From contig SUUO01000004.1 of assembly GCA_015062485.1 (NCBI GenBank), positions 17,981 through 81,980 on the forward strand: a DNA stretch of 64,000 nt, read 5' to 3'. Of the stretch, positions 47,895-58,242 are shown in pieces. The notes under the pieces are model-generated. The model was not told where the DNA came from. It saw only the letters and a program-made list of their open reading frames with translations, and ran no database searches. The position numbers and the translations under genes are program-made. The stretch is from Alphaproteobacteria bacterium. Its GTDB lineage: Bacteria; Pseudomonadota; Alphaproteobacteria; Rs-D84. Every line of letters begins with the position of its first letter. Position 1 is the first letter of the stretch.

Positions 47895-48719
47895 CTATAA
47901 CAAATCGAACGCCATTAATGCAAATGTTTCTGGACTTATTTTTTCGGCGCGTTCGGTCCCCGTCAGTCCATATTTTTCCCAATTAACATTCGGCATTATT
48001 GCGCGTATCATTTTGCGGCGCTGGCCGAATAATTTTGCGGTTAATTGTTCGATTTTTTGCAAATCCCGCAAGCGTGCGAGTTTTTCAGCGTTCGGTATTA
48101 TTTGTACAACCGCACTTTGCACCCGGGGACGCGGAACAAACGCCGTATTTGGAACATCAAATAAAATCTTGGCATCCGCAATCAATGACGTTAACACCGC
48201 CAGGCGACCATAGTGCTCATCGCCGGGGTGCGCGGTTATGCGTTGTGCAACCTCGCGCTGGAACATTAATGTTAATGATTTTATCGGTTCTCCCGCCGCC
48301 ATTTTATGCAGCCAGCCGATTAACAATTCCGTGCCAACATTATATGGCAAATTGGAACATATTGCATATTCCCCAACCCCCAGGTCTGCAAAATTCACAC
48401 GCAATGCGTCATCAAAAATTACACTAAGACGTCCCGCAGATGCATCTATGATTTGCGACAATATAGGTTCGGTGGTTTTATCTTTTTCAATCGCGATGAC
48501 ACGTTTTGCCCCCGCCATCAGCAATGCGCGTGTCAAACCGGCGGGACCGGGTCCAACCTCTATCACGGGGATTTCTGTAATGTTGGGTACACTGCGTGCA
48601 ATGCGACCCGTCAGGTTTAAATCAAACAAGAAATTTTGTCCGAATTGTTTTTTCGGCTCTAACCCCGACGCACGCATCATTTCAGATACCGGGGGTAAAT
48701 TTGCAACATTGTCCGTCAT
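47895..48719 (-). CDS. rsmA: 16S rRNA dimethyladenosine transferase
   Basis: KQFGQNFL, EVGPGP.GLT, NLPYNV, MFQREVA. Confidence 0.95.
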   Translation of the reverse strand: MTDNVANLPPVSEMMRASGLEPKKQFGQNFLFDLNLTGRIARSVPNITEIPVIEVGPGPAGLTRALLMAGAKRVIAIEKDKTTEPILSQIIDASAGRLSVIFDDALRVNFADLGVGEYAICSNLPYNVGTELLIGWLHKMAAGEPIKSLTLMFQREVAQRITAHPGDEHYGRLAVLTSLIADAKILFDVPNTAFVPRPRVQSAVVQIIPNAEKLARLRDLQKIEQLTAKLFGQRRKMIRAIMPNVNWEKYGLTGTERAEKISPETFALMAFDLL

Positions 48720-49312
48720 AATGATTTACGTCCCCCAAACGCCAGTGTTAATGTGCCATCGTCTATGTAATCCAAATCACCACCCAATGGCACCCCAGAT
48801 GCCAATTCGGAAAAAGCAACATTATTTACATTACCGATAGCAGACATAATGTAATGCTGGGTGGTTTTCCCCTCTACCGTATTGGGAAGCGCAAAAATAA
48901 TTTCACTTATTTTTTCATTTTCGATACGCGCGGGTAAATTCTTAATATTTAAATCATCCGGCAACACACCGCCCGCCCCCGACAGCAATCCGCCAATAAT
49001 ATGATAACGGCCGTGGAATACCGATGATTTTTCAAGTGTCCAAACATCCGACAGGTCACGGACAATACATAATTGACCATTTGCACGATTTTCATCACGA
49101 CAAAATTCGCATAAATCGCCCCGCCCCGTCAGCACCCCACAGCACGCACACGGTGCAATATTTTGCGCCGCATCAATCAGAGACGTGGCCAATGCCTCGG
49201 CACGGCCGGTTTTATCCTGTAATAACGACAAAACTATACGTTGCCCCCCGCGCGAACCAACACGCGGTAATTTTGCAAATAATTTTATTAACTTTTCTAT
49301 TTTTGGATTCAT
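48716..49312 (-). CDS. recR: Recombination mediator RecR
   Basis: LP.VG, C4 zinc finger, YHIIGG, TVEGKTT, GVPLGGDLDYID. Confidence 0.93.
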   Translation of the reverse strand: MNPKIEKLIKLFAKLPRVGSRGGQRIVLSLLQDKTGRAEALATSLIDAAQNIAPCACCGVLTGRGDLCEFCRDENRANGQLCIVRDLSDVWTLEKSSVFHGRYHIIGGLLSGAGGVLPDDLNIKNLPARIENEKISEIIFALPNTVEGKTTQHYIMSAIGNVNNVAFSELASGVPLGGDLDYIDDGTLTLAFGGRKSL

Positions 49313-49327
49313 TGTATGCACACGATA

Positions 49328-50509
49328 CTAGTGAAAAACATAACTGTCAATACCATTGGTGGTGGCGGTTGATTTTAATTTTTGTGCCGCCCCATCCGTC
49401 AGGCCATTTACACGCACACGAAACATTCCATTGGGCGCCGTTTCAATAACCGCATTCGCCCCCAAGCGTGATTTTACATTTGCAACCTGGGTTTCGGCCG
49501 CCGCGCGCGATGAAAAGGCACCAAATTGAACGCCCGCATTACCCGTCGCCACCGCCGATTTTACCGGCGCAACCTGTTTTGCCGCACGATATTCCGGCAC
49601 CGCGGCGGCAGTCGCCGCGGTATAAGCCGCGTTAAATGTTGCCGCAGATGCACTGGTATCATTTGGCGCAGAATACGTACGAACCGGTGCCGTCGCCGCA
49701 ATTGTTTCCGGTGACACCCCCAGCATTCCAAACCCCTTGTTCAGCATTTGCGCCGCAACATTTGCACGCACATCTTTGTTTTCCGCACCCAATACCACAG
49801 ACATTAAATGCGCATTGCCACGATGGGCGGTCGCAACCAATGAATACTTGGACTTTTTAGTATACCCCGTCTTCATCCCATCACACCCATTAAACGACCC
49901 CAGCAGGCGATTACCATTTGTATAAGTCTTGCCATTATAGGTCCAAGACTTTATCCCGAAATACTTCCAATACTGGGGAAAATGCTTGTACACCGCCATA
50001 GACAACAACGCAATATCACGCGCCGTTGACATATGATCATCGTTGGGCAGACCCGATGAATTTTCAAAATTTGTTCGCGTCAATCCAATTTCACGCGCAA
50101 CGCGTGTCATCAGGTCGGCAAACGTTTCCTCTTGCCCGCCTTTAAGATTTTCAGCCAACACACGCGCGACGTCATTTGCACTGTGTACGGCGACCGCCTT
50201 TATCGCATCTTCGACCCGGATTTTAGAACCCGCCGGCAATCCCAATTTCACCGGTTCCGCATTTGCGGCCGACTGTGACACAATTAAATAGTCATCCAGA
50301 TTTAATCGCCCGTGTTCCAACGCATCAAATGTCAGATACAATGTCATAATTTTCGTCAGGGACGCCGGATAATTTAATTCGTTGGCGTTTTCCTGGTATA
50401 AAACACGACCGGTATCCATATCGGCAACCAAGGCCGCACGATACTGGGCCGCATAGGTTGGCGCGCACAGTAATAAAATTGGTAAAAGAATAAACCGCAT
50501 TCTCATCAA
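49328..50509 (-). CDS. dacA: D-Ala-D-Ala carboxypeptidase (S11) with C-terminal SPOR domain
   Basis: PASLTK, SAN, KTG motifs; VQFGAFS SPOR domain. Confidence 0.88.
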   Translation of the reverse strand: MMRMRFILLPILLLCAPTYAAQYRAALVADMDTGRVLYQENANELNYPASLTKIMTLYLTFDALEHGRLNLDDYLIVSQSAANAEPVKLGLPAGSKIRVEDAIKAVAVHSANDVARVLAENLKGGQEETFADLMTRVAREIGLTRTNFENSSGLPNDDHMSTARDIALLSMAVYKHFPQYWKYFGIKSWTYNGKTYTNGNRLLGSFNGCDGMKTGYTKKSKYSLVATAHRGNAHLMSVVLGAENKDVRANVAAQMLNKGFGMLGVSPETIAATAPVRTYSAPNDTSASAATFNAAYTAATAAAVPEYRAAKQVAPVKSAVATGNAGVQFGAFSSRAAAETQVANVKSRLGANAVIETAPNGMFRVRVNGLTDGAAQKLKSTATTNGIDSYVFH

Positions 50510-50559
50510 ATGCAGTTTAGTAAATTTTTGCGCACCCGGTCAATAATTAAAATCCAACA

Positions 50560-50874
50560 CTATTTTCCAAATATAAACGAATTATCGCATGAAATTTCAA
50601 TAATCGCATCGATATTATCATTATCTGATGTGCGTTGGCGCTTAATTTTACCACAGGTTTCGCATTTATGCGTAATAACAAAACGCGTGCCGTCGGGGGC
50701 GGCCGAAATTGGTCGCATCATTCCACCGCACGTTGCCGCACGGTCACCAGGATTTTCATCAACGTGCCGCGACCACAGGCAATTTGGGCAATGATTTGTA
50801 TAGCCATTGCCACGAACAACTGCGCCACAATGGGCGCAGTTAAAATCTTCGGTTGTTTTTGTAAATGCTTTCAT
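50560..50874 (-). CDS. RNHCP domain zinc-binding protein
   Basis: F.C.HCG, TNHCPNCLWSRHVD..PGDRA..CGG.M, HKC..CG. Confidence 0.85.
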   Translation of the reverse strand: MKAFTKTTEDFNCAHCGAVVRGNGYTNHCPNCLWSRHVDENPGDRAATCGGMMRPISAAPDGTRFVITHKCETCGKIKRQRTSDNDNIDAIIEISCDNSFIFGK

Positions 50875-51122
50875 TACAGACCCAATGCGTTGCGATACAT
50901 TTGTGTTAATTCGTCTGCCTCGTCGATTTCGTCTGGGTCCATCTTGCGCAGGCGTATCATCTGGCGAATGTATTTGGGGTCATAGCCGGCGGATTTGGCC
51001 TCGCTATAAATTTCTTTGATATCTGCGGCGATTGCGGCCGTATCTTCGTTTAATTTTTCAATTCTTTCGATAATGCTAATTAATTGCTGATTATCAATTG
51101 CACCGTGATTTGCTTGTTTCAT
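50874..51122 (-). CDS. gapR: GapR/DUF2312 nucleoid-associated protein
   Basis: L.SIIERIEKL, DIKEIYSEAKSAGYD, RLRK, Y..ALG. Confidence 0.85.
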   Translation of the reverse strand: MKQANHGAIDNQQLISIIERIEKLNEDTAAIAADIKEIYSEAKSAGYDPKYIRQMIRLRKMDPDEIDEADELTQMYRNALGL

Positions 51123-51202
51123 TCTGTTTTCCCCTTGTTTATTTGATGACTTTATGATATACCATAAATCGAAAAAATCAAGAAAAACAGGAAGGGAAAA
51201 AT

Positions 51203-52573
51203 ATGAATAAATATACAAAAATCACCGCATCTATTGGACCAAAATGTGAAGACAGACAGACTTTAACCCGTATGATTTCTGCGGGTGTGAATGTATGTCG
51301 CCTGAATTTTAGTCACGATACCGGCGATGTCCAGGGACAGAAAATTGACCTTATTCGTTCCATATCCGAAGAACTGGAAACACCGGTTGCGGTGATGATT
51401 GACCTGCAGGGGCCAAAACATCGAATTGGGAACTTTGCAACTGAAAATCCGTACGATTTAAAAATCGGACAGAAATTTACATTTGATAACGACCCAACCC
51501 CCGGTGACGGCACACGTGTACAATTACCAGACGCTGATGTTTTAAAATCTTTAAACGTTGGGGACCGCGTATTATTAAACGACGGAAAAATTGAAATGCG
51601 CGTGGACGCGGTTACCGATGATGCGGTTGAAACAACCGTCCTGCGTGGGGATAAAATCTGGTCACGTCGTGGGTTTAATTTGCCAGATACGGAAATTGCC
51701 ACATCGGTTCTGACGGCAAAGGATCGTGCCGACCTGGAATACGCAATTACAAAAGAACCAGATTATGTTGCAATTTCTTTTGTGCAACGCCCAGAAGATG
51801 TGGCAGAGGTTCGTGACTTTATCACCCAGCGCACCGCACACCCGATAAAGATTATTGCAAAAATCGAACGTCCAAACGCGGTTGAACGCATTTGCGATAT
51901 TGCCGCCGCGGCTGATGGAATTATGATTGCGCGTGGGGACCTGGCGGTAGAGGTGCCATTCCAGGACGTGCCCGCAATTTCACGTCATATTATTCGTGAA
52001 TGTCGCAAGATGAACAAACCGGTGATTGTTGCAACACAAATGTTGGGTTCTATGGTGGCCAGTGAATTTCCAACACGCGCCGAAATTACAGACGTTGCAA
52101 ACACTGCGTATTTGCGCGCGGATTCAACAATGACGTCCGAAGAAACCACAATCGGAATCAATCCGGTAAACGTTATTGAAACAATGTACAAGATTTTATC
52201 GCACGCCGATATGGACGCGATTGCAAACCCGTTTGATTGGTCGCGTGTTGAAAATATACCTGAAAATGATTGGTCGCGATCAGTTGCATCAATGGCGTAT
52301 TTGAACAAAGCGTCCGCCATTGTTGTATTTGCACGTGACACCGATATCGCGGTTCAAATTTCTTGCCGCAAGCCAGATATTCCAATCGTGGCGGTATGTA
52401 ATGAATCTGTCACCGCGAACCAGTTATGTTTGGCGCGTGGCATATTCCCAATTTACGATGAACAGTTATTTGGTATGCGTGACGCTTTTAATGCCGCGCG
52501 TCGCTTTAATATAAATATGGGCAAACTGGTTATCGTGGACGAAGATAAAATTAGCCTGCGAACACTGGATTAA
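51203..52573 (+). CDS. pyk: Pyruvate kinase
   Basis: TKITASIGP, RLNFSH, DLQGPK, IAKIE, MIARGDL, ATQML. Confidence 0.95.
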   Translation: MNKYTKITASIGPKCEDRQTLTRMISAGVNVCRLNFSHDTGDVQGQKIDLIRSISEELETPVAVMIDLQGPKHRIGNFATENPYDLKIGQKFTFDNDPTPGDGTRVQLPDADVLKSLNVGDRVLLNDGKIEMRVDAVTDDAVETTVLRGDKIWSRRGFNLPDTEIATSVLTAKDRADLEYAITKEPDYVAISFVQRPEDVAEVRDFITQRTAHPIKIIAKIERPNAVERICDIAAAADGIMIARGDLAVEVPFQDVPAISRHIIRECRKMNKPVIVATQMLGSMVASEFPTRAEITDVANTAYLRADSTMTSEETTIGINPVNVIETMYKILSHADMDAIANPFDWSRVENIPENDWSRSVASMAYLNKASAIVVFARDTDIAVQISCRKPDIPIVAVCNESVTANQLCLARGIFPIYDEQLFGMRDAFNAARRFNINMGKLVIVDEDKISLRTLD

Positions 52574-52601
52574 AAAATCCCGGCAATCGCCGGGATTTTT
52601 T
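52572..52601. terminator. Bidirectional intrinsic terminator
   Basis: AAAAAATCCCGGC-aatc-GCCGGGATTTTT. Confidence 0.85.
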
Positions 52602-54174
52602 ATTTATGATTTTTTGCGGCCGCCGCAATAAATGCATTAAACATTGGGTGCCCGGTATAGGGGCTGGATTGAAATTCCGGATGGAATTGTCCCGCAACAA
52701 AGAACGGGTGCGATGGAATTTCAACAATCTCGGGCAGTTTACCATCGGGGCTAAGGCCTGATATTTTCATACCGGCGGCCTCAAACTTTTCACGCCAGGT
52801 GACATCCATCTCGTACCGGTGACGATGGCGTTCGCTGATATTTTCAGCGCCATAGATTTCGTACGCACGCGAATCCGGCACAATTACACACGGATACGCC
52901 CCCAGGCGCAATGTCCCCCCCATATCGGCCGCATCGTGGTCGGCCATTATGTTTATAATTGGCGTTGCACTTTTGTTAAATTCGGTTGAATCCGCATCCG
53001 CAATTCCCAATACATTGCGGGCAAATTCAATAACCGCCACCTGCATCCCCAGGCATATTCCCATATATGGCACACGGTTTTCACGTGCATATCCCGCCGC
53101 CGCAATTTTGCCCGCAACGCCACGCACACCAAATCCGCCCGGCACCAAGATACCATCAACGTCCGCACAATCGTCGGGGGTAAATGTTTCAGCGTTTATC
53201 TTTTTAAGTTTTACATGGACATTGTTTTGAATGCCGGCGTGGAATAAAGCCTCGTTCAAAGACTTATATGCATCGGGCACATCAAAATATTTTCCAACAA
53301 TACCAATGTTAACCGTTGGGATATCCGCGACCAGATACTTTTCAATCTTTTCAAATCGTGTCATATCGCCGATTGCATTGGGCAAACCAAAGTGATCCGC
53401 GATTATGTCAAAGACGTGTTGGCCCTCGTACGCAAGGGGGATTTTATAAATATTATCAACATCAATGCCACTGATTACATTTTTCGCCGGCAGGTTACAG
53501 AACATACCAATCTTGGCACGCTCGTCCGAGGTTAGCATACGTGGTGTGCGCACAATCAGCATATCCGCCTGAATCCCGTTTTCAAGCAGGCGACGTACCG
53601 ACATCTGGGTCGGCTTGGTTTTTAATTCGCCCGACTTTTCAAGATATGGTGCCAATGTTAAATGCACAAACATAACATTGCGACGACCGACCTGGTTTGC
53701 GAATTGTCGAATTGATTCCAGGAAAATTTGCCCCTCTATATCACCAACGGTGCCACCGATTTCACAGACAACAAAATCCGTATCAACGGGGGTGGAAATA
53801 TAATCTTTTATCTTGTTCGTGACGTGCGGAATCATTTGAACCGTCGCCCCCAGATAATCACCGCGACGTTCCGCACTTAATACATCCCAATAAATACGAC
53901 CGCCAGACACCGAATCGTTGCGGGTCAGTTTTGCCCCCAGAAATCTTTCGTAATATCCCAGATCCAAATCCGTTTCATATCCGTCATTTGTGACGTATAC
54001 TTCGCCGTGCTGAAACGGTGACATTGTACCCGGATCAACGTTTAAATACGGATCAAATTTGCGCGCGTGCACCGTGTACCCACGCGATTGAAGAAGGGCG
54101 CCACAACTTGCCGCCGCGACGCCCTTGCCTAAACTTGAAACAACACCACCGGTAATAAATATATACTTTGCCAT
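52600..54174 (-). CDS. pyrG: CTP synthase
   Basis: GGVVSSLGKG, DPYLNVDPGTM, KTKPTQ, GICLGMQ, QFHPE. Confidence 0.98.
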   Translation of the reverse strand: MAKYIFITGGVVSSLGKGVAAASCGALLQSRGYTVHARKFDPYLNVDPGTMSPFQHGEVYVTNDGYETDLDLGYYERFLGAKLTRNDSVSGGRIYWDVLSAERRGDYLGATVQMIPHVTNKIKDYISTPVDTDFVVCEIGGTVGDIEGQIFLESIRQFANQVGRRNVMFVHLTLAPYLEKSGELKTKPTQMSVRRLLENGIQADMLIVRTPRMLTSDERAKIGMFCNLPAKNVISGIDVDNIYKIPLAYEGQHVFDIIADHFGLPNAIGDMTRFEKIEKYLVADIPTVNIGIVGKYFDVPDAYKSLNEALFHAGIQNNVHVKLKKINAETFTPDDCADVDGILVPGGFGVRGVAGKIAAAGYARENRVPYMGICLGMQVAVIEFARNVLGIADADSTEFNKSATPIINIMADHDAADMGGTLRLGAYPCVIVPDSRAYEIYGAENISERHRHRYEMDVTWREKFEAAGMKISGLSPDGKLPEIVEIPSHPFFVAGQFHPEFQSSPYTGHPMFNAFIAAAAKNHK

Positions 54175-54253
54175 AAGAATGCCCCCTTATGGAATTCTAT
54201 CATAGGAAATTTTCCGTTGCGGTGCAATTAAATAAATTCCTATACTGAGTCTT

Positions 54254-56167
54254 ATGGGAAAGGTATTGGATTTTCAACGTCAAAACTTGTTTTTATGGGT
54301 GGCACCGATAATGGCGTTTGGTGCAGCATTGTATTTTTCATTACCGTACGAGCCCAACGTACCATACGCCACAATTTTATCGGCCGCATTATTTGCAATT
54401 ATGATTTGGTCGCGCGTGCCGATTATTCTGCGCGCGGTTGCAATATTTATGTTTGGATTTATCTATGCGTGTGCGTATACACACGCAATTGATACACCAC
54501 AAATAAAATCCACCATGCGGGATACGAATATCGTGGGCAATGTTTACAAGATTGATTTTGCAAATGACAAATCACGCCTTTATATAAATACAGATGACGA
54601 TATGCGTATTCGCGTATCAATCGGCGACAATATTCCCACGCCAAATGTTGGTGATAAAATAAGTGCAACCGCAACACTGTTTCGGCCGGCGGCCGCATAT
54701 GCGCCGGCAACATTTGATTATGCACGGTGGGCGTATTTTAACGGCCTGGGTGCGACGGGATATATTTCAGATTATGATGTGATAATACCCGCACGTGGGT
54801 TCAGTATAAATTCCATTCGTGACAATTTACACACGCGTTCTGATTCTTTTCTAGTCGACAGTTTGGTATTAGGATATAAAAATTCAGTTCCAAAAGACGA
54901 CAATAAAATATGGACCGCCACCGGTATCGGTCACGTATGGTCAATCAGTGGTTTTCATATGACATTGGTTGGTGGGTGGATATTTGCAATATTCTTTTTA
55001 ATATTCCGGTCAATTCCGTATATCACACGTCGCATCCCGGCGCGAATACCCGCGATTATGTGTGCGTGGTTGGGACTGCTGGGGTATTTGTTTATATCGG
55101 GGCTGGATGTTGCAACAATTCGCGCGTTCTTGATGACGACACTGGTGTTTGCGGCATTTATTTTTGGGCGTAATGCAATATCGATGCGTAATATTTGCCT
55201 GGCGTTTTGTTTGATATTTTTGATAAACCCGCACTATGTTATGCAACCGGGTTTTCAGTTATCTTTTGCGGCGGTGTTCGGACTGGTATGGTTTTGGGGC
55301 GACGCACAATATGTAAAGCGTGGGCGCATCCAGAAAGTATTGCGCGCAATTTATGCAACCATTATGACATCTGTTATTGCGACGATATTTACCGCGCCAT
55401 TTGTTGCCGCACATTTTTATGCGTTGCCAATTTATGGATTGATTGGGAACCTGATTCTATTGCCAATATTTTCATTTGCGATTATGCCATTGGTTATGAT
55501 TGGCGCATTTGGCGCCGGATGGGCGACAGATATAGCACACGAAATATATTATTGGACGTTGGGTATCGCAAATTGGATTTCAGATTTACCATTATCAACA
55601 ATTTCCGTACCACATATATCAAATACGGTTATGGTATTGATGATAGTGGGCCTGGTGTCGATAATATTTATTCGTGCAACGCGGTGGCGTGAAAACTATA
55701 TTATTGGCGCGATGTTTATTTGTGCGGGTGCGATAACACAGATGATGCAACCCGTGCCGATATTTATGTCGACATATGACAATGAACTGGTTGCGATGCG
55801 GCGCGCGGATGGCAAATTAGAATTTAACAAGATACGCGCATCAAAGCACTATTTTGCATTTGATACATTTTTACAAATTTCCGGCAATGCGCCCGATGCC
55901 ACACGCCATAAACACAAATGCAGTCGTGGCGTTTGTGAATTTAAGTCTGATAAATTTAAACTGATGTACACGCAACGTTTTATGCCGTTGGTTAAAAATT
56001 TGGATAATTGGTGCGCAGATAGCGATGTTGATTATATCGTTTCATATCTGGATGTGGATGCACCAAAATGCAACCACAAAATTTTACGCGATGCGTTTAT
56101 AATTTATGACAATGGTCGGATTAAGTCTGTACCACTTAATCGGCACTGGCATAATCAGCACGAATAA
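54254..56167 (+). CDS. comEC: ComEC/Rec2 competence channel protein
   Basis: OB-like DUF4131 region (FDYARWAYFNG), GIGHVWSISGFH, RAFLM, PGFQLSF; overlaps the truA 3' end by 32 bp. Confidence 0.88.
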   Translation: MGKVLDFQRQNLFLWVAPIMAFGAALYFSLPYEPNVPYATILSAALFAIMIWSRVPIILRAVAIFMFGFIYACAYTHAIDTPQIKSTMRDTNIVGNVYKIDFANDKSRLYINTDDDMRIRVSIGDNIPTPNVGDKISATATLFRPAAAYAPATFDYARWAYFNGLGATGYISDYDVIIPARGFSINSIRDNLHTRSDSFLVDSLVLGYKNSVPKDDNKIWTATGIGHVWSISGFHMTLVGGWIFAIFFLIFRSIPYITRRIPARIPAIMCAWLGLLGYLFISGLDVATIRAFLMTTLVFAAFIFGRNAISMRNICLAFCLIFLINPHYVMQPGFQLSFAAVFGLVWFWGDAQYVKRGRIQKVLRAIYATIMTSVIATIFTAPFVAAHFYALPIYGLIGNLILLPIFSFAIMPLVMIGAFGAGWATDIAHEIYYWTLGIANWISDLPLSTISVPHISNTVMVLMIVGLVSIIFIRATRWRENYIIGAMFICAGAITQMMQPVPIFMSTYDNELVAMRRADGKLEFNKIRASKHYFAFDTFLQISGNAPDATRHKHKCSRGVCEFKSDKFKLMYTQRFMPLVKNLDNWCADSDVDYIVSYLDVDAPKCNHKILRDAFIIYDNGRIKSVPLNRHWHNQHE

Positions 56168-56879
56168 AATACAGACCCGATGCCGGTGCCGTTGGGCCGG
56201 CCACGCTGCGGTTTTTTGCCGCCAAAATTTCATCGACATCGTACGGTTTACCAATACCGATTTCAATCAATGTGCCAACAATATTTCGCACCATATGATG
56301 CAAGAAAGAACGCGCAGAAAATTCAAAAATAATTTCGTCGCCACTTTGTATTATTTCGATTTTATCCAATGTTTTGATTGGGGATTTGGCTTGACACTCG
56401 GATGCGCGAAAACTGGTAAAATCGTGATTACCAATCAGTTTTTGTGCCGCCCGACGCATTGCATCAACGTCTAATTTACGTGGCACCCAATACACACGAT
56501 TTTTCTGCAAGACCGGCGCCATTGGACGATTTAAAACAACGTACTTATAATGGCGCGCCGTGCAATCAAAGCGCGCATTAAATTCATCCGGTACAATTTC
56601 ACACGCACGCACAACAACCGGTTTACCGTTCAGGTAAAAGTTTAGCGCACGCATCACTGTATCCGCGGGTGTATCCCCCGGCAAATCAAAATGCGCCGTC
56701 ATCGCAATGGCGTGCACGCCCGCATCCGTGCGGCCGGCGCCAACAACATCCGGGCGCGTGCCACAAAAACCATAAATCGCATCTTTGACCAATGATTGCA
56801 CGGATGGGCCCTGGGTATTTTCCTGCCAGCCGATAAGGTCCGTGCCATCGTATTCCAAGATTACTTTGTATCGTGTCAT
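56136..56879 (-). CDS. truA: tRNA pseudouridine(38-40) synthase
   Basis: EYDG...GWQ, GRTDAGVHA, HDFTSF, FLHHMVR. Confidence 0.95.
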   Translation of the reverse strand: MTRYKVILEYDGTDLIGWQENTQGPSVQSLVKDAIYGFCGTRPDVVGAGRTDAGVHAIAMTAHFDLPGDTPADTVMRALNFYLNGKPVVVRACEIVPDEFNARFDCTARHYKYVVLNRPMAPVLQKNRVYWVPRKLDVDAMRRAAQKLIGNHDFTSFRASECQAKSPIKTLDKIEIIQSGDEIIFEFSARSFLHHMVRNIVGTLIEIGIGKPYDVDEILAAKNRSVAGPTAPASGLYFIRADYASAD

Positions 56880-56892
56880 TATTGCCCCGGTA

Positions 56893-57699
56893 TTATTCAC
56901 CATATTTTATTTCACCACCACGCAGGCCGTTCACAAAACTTTTCCAATCCATTGGATTTTTTCCAGCCGGCTGAATCCGCGTGATTTTTAATTCATTGTT
57001 TTCAATTCTGGTTTCCAAGATTTTTACATCAACACCACTTATTTTTGTACGCCCACACCCCAGCGCACGAATTTGATTATGTATTTGTTGCGCAGATTTG
57101 TTCCAATCAATTATTTCATCCGCGCCCGTCCATTTGTGCGTAAATGTCGGTGCGCCATTCTGGGGCACCGCGGGATATGCGCCGGGGTTATTCAGATATT
57201 CAACCAACATATCGGCGCCGATTTTTGATACGATTTCTTCGACCGCGTCATTAGTATCGTTTTCACCAATTCCAAATTCACGACACATATGAACATCACC
57301 CGCATCCAGTTCCGCCGTCACATCCATTAAACATACCGCAGATGTTTTATCACCGTTATAAATTGCGGTTCTGATTGGTGATGGCCCGCGATATTGTGGC
57401 AGGAAACTCGGGTGAATGTTAATACACGGCGCAGACGACAAAACATTGTCGCGCAATATTACACCATAAGACACAACCACAATCATATCGGGAGCATAGT
57501 TGTATTCATTTATATTTGTATGCACCGTCAAATTATTTTCAATCGCCCAATTATGCACCGGCGACGGGGTTAAGATTTTTTTGCGTCCCATTGGTTTTGG
57601 CGCGCGTGTAAACACCGCCAAGATTTCGTGCCCGGCGTTTTTAATTCTTTCAAACATTGGGACAACAAATGCGTTTGTTCCCATCAAGACCAGTTTCAT
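56893..57699 (-). CDS. fmt: Methionyl-tRNA formyltransferase
   Basis: MGT..F, INIHPS.LP.YRG.SPI, ELDAGD. Confidence 0.92.
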   Translation of the reverse strand: MKLVLMGTNAFVVPMFERIKNAGHEILAVFTRAPKPMGRKKILTPSPVHNWAIENNLTVHTNINEYNYAPDMIVVVSYGVILRDNVLSSAPCINIHPSFLPQYRGPSPIRTAIYNGDKTSAVCLMDVTAELDAGDVHMCREFGIGENDTNDAVEEIVSKIGADMLVEYLNNPGAYPAVPQNGAPTFTHKWTGADEIIDWNKSAQQIHNQIRALGCGRTKISGVDVKILETRIENNELKITRIQPAGKNPMDWKSFVNGLRGGEIKYGE

Positions 57700-58196
57700 T
57701 TGCGACGTCTTACCTTTCTCATAACCATTTCACGACGCACCGGCGACAGGTGATCGATAAACAACACCCCGTCCAGGTGGTCTGTTTCGTGCTGAACAAT
57801 GCGCGCCGGCAGGCCCGACATTTGCGCCCCAACACGTTCGCCATTTTCGTTTGTCCATTCAACGGTAACCGATGCCGGGCGCGTAACATTTGAAAACACC
57901 GGCAGGTTATCAGACCCCAGCACGGACAGGCACCCTTCTTCCATTGTGCATTTTTCATCGGAAAAAGATGTAATTTGCGGATTTATCATACGATATATCG
58001 TCTTGGTATCGGGGTCCATCATAACCAAAAAACGCGACAGGAATCCAACCTGGGGCGCGGCCAGGCCTACGCCATTTTGCGCATCCATCATTGACACCAT
58101 TTCATCCATTGTATGCAACAATTCCGGTGTGATATTATCAACCGGTTCGCATTTACTGCGCAAAACTAAATCCCCGCAAAGTTTCATTTGCAACAT
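57696..58196 (-). CDS. def: Peptide deformylase
   Basis: GVGLAAPQVG, EGCLS, QHETDHLDG. Confidence 0.96.
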   Translation of the reverse strand: MLQMKLCGDLVLRSKCEPVDNITPELLHTMDEMVSMMDAQNGVGLAAPQVGFLSRFLVMMDPDTKTIYRMINPQITSFSDEKCTMEEGCLSVLGSDNLPVFSNVTRPASVTVEWTNENGERVGAQMSGLPARIVQHETDHLDGVLFIDHLSPVRREMVMRKVRRRK

Positions 58197-58242
58197 ATCT
58201 AAATCCTTATATAATACCGTTATGATACCAAAGGATTGGGAA

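Noticed and set aside
56136-56167. 32-bp convergent overlap of comEC and truA; comEC lacks a recognisable beta-lactamase-fold domain
   Set aside because: Common in compact genomes and in alphaproteobacterial ComEC
57799-58242. N-terminal extension of rmuC in the ORF track
   Set aside because: Antisense to def; the real start is near 58243
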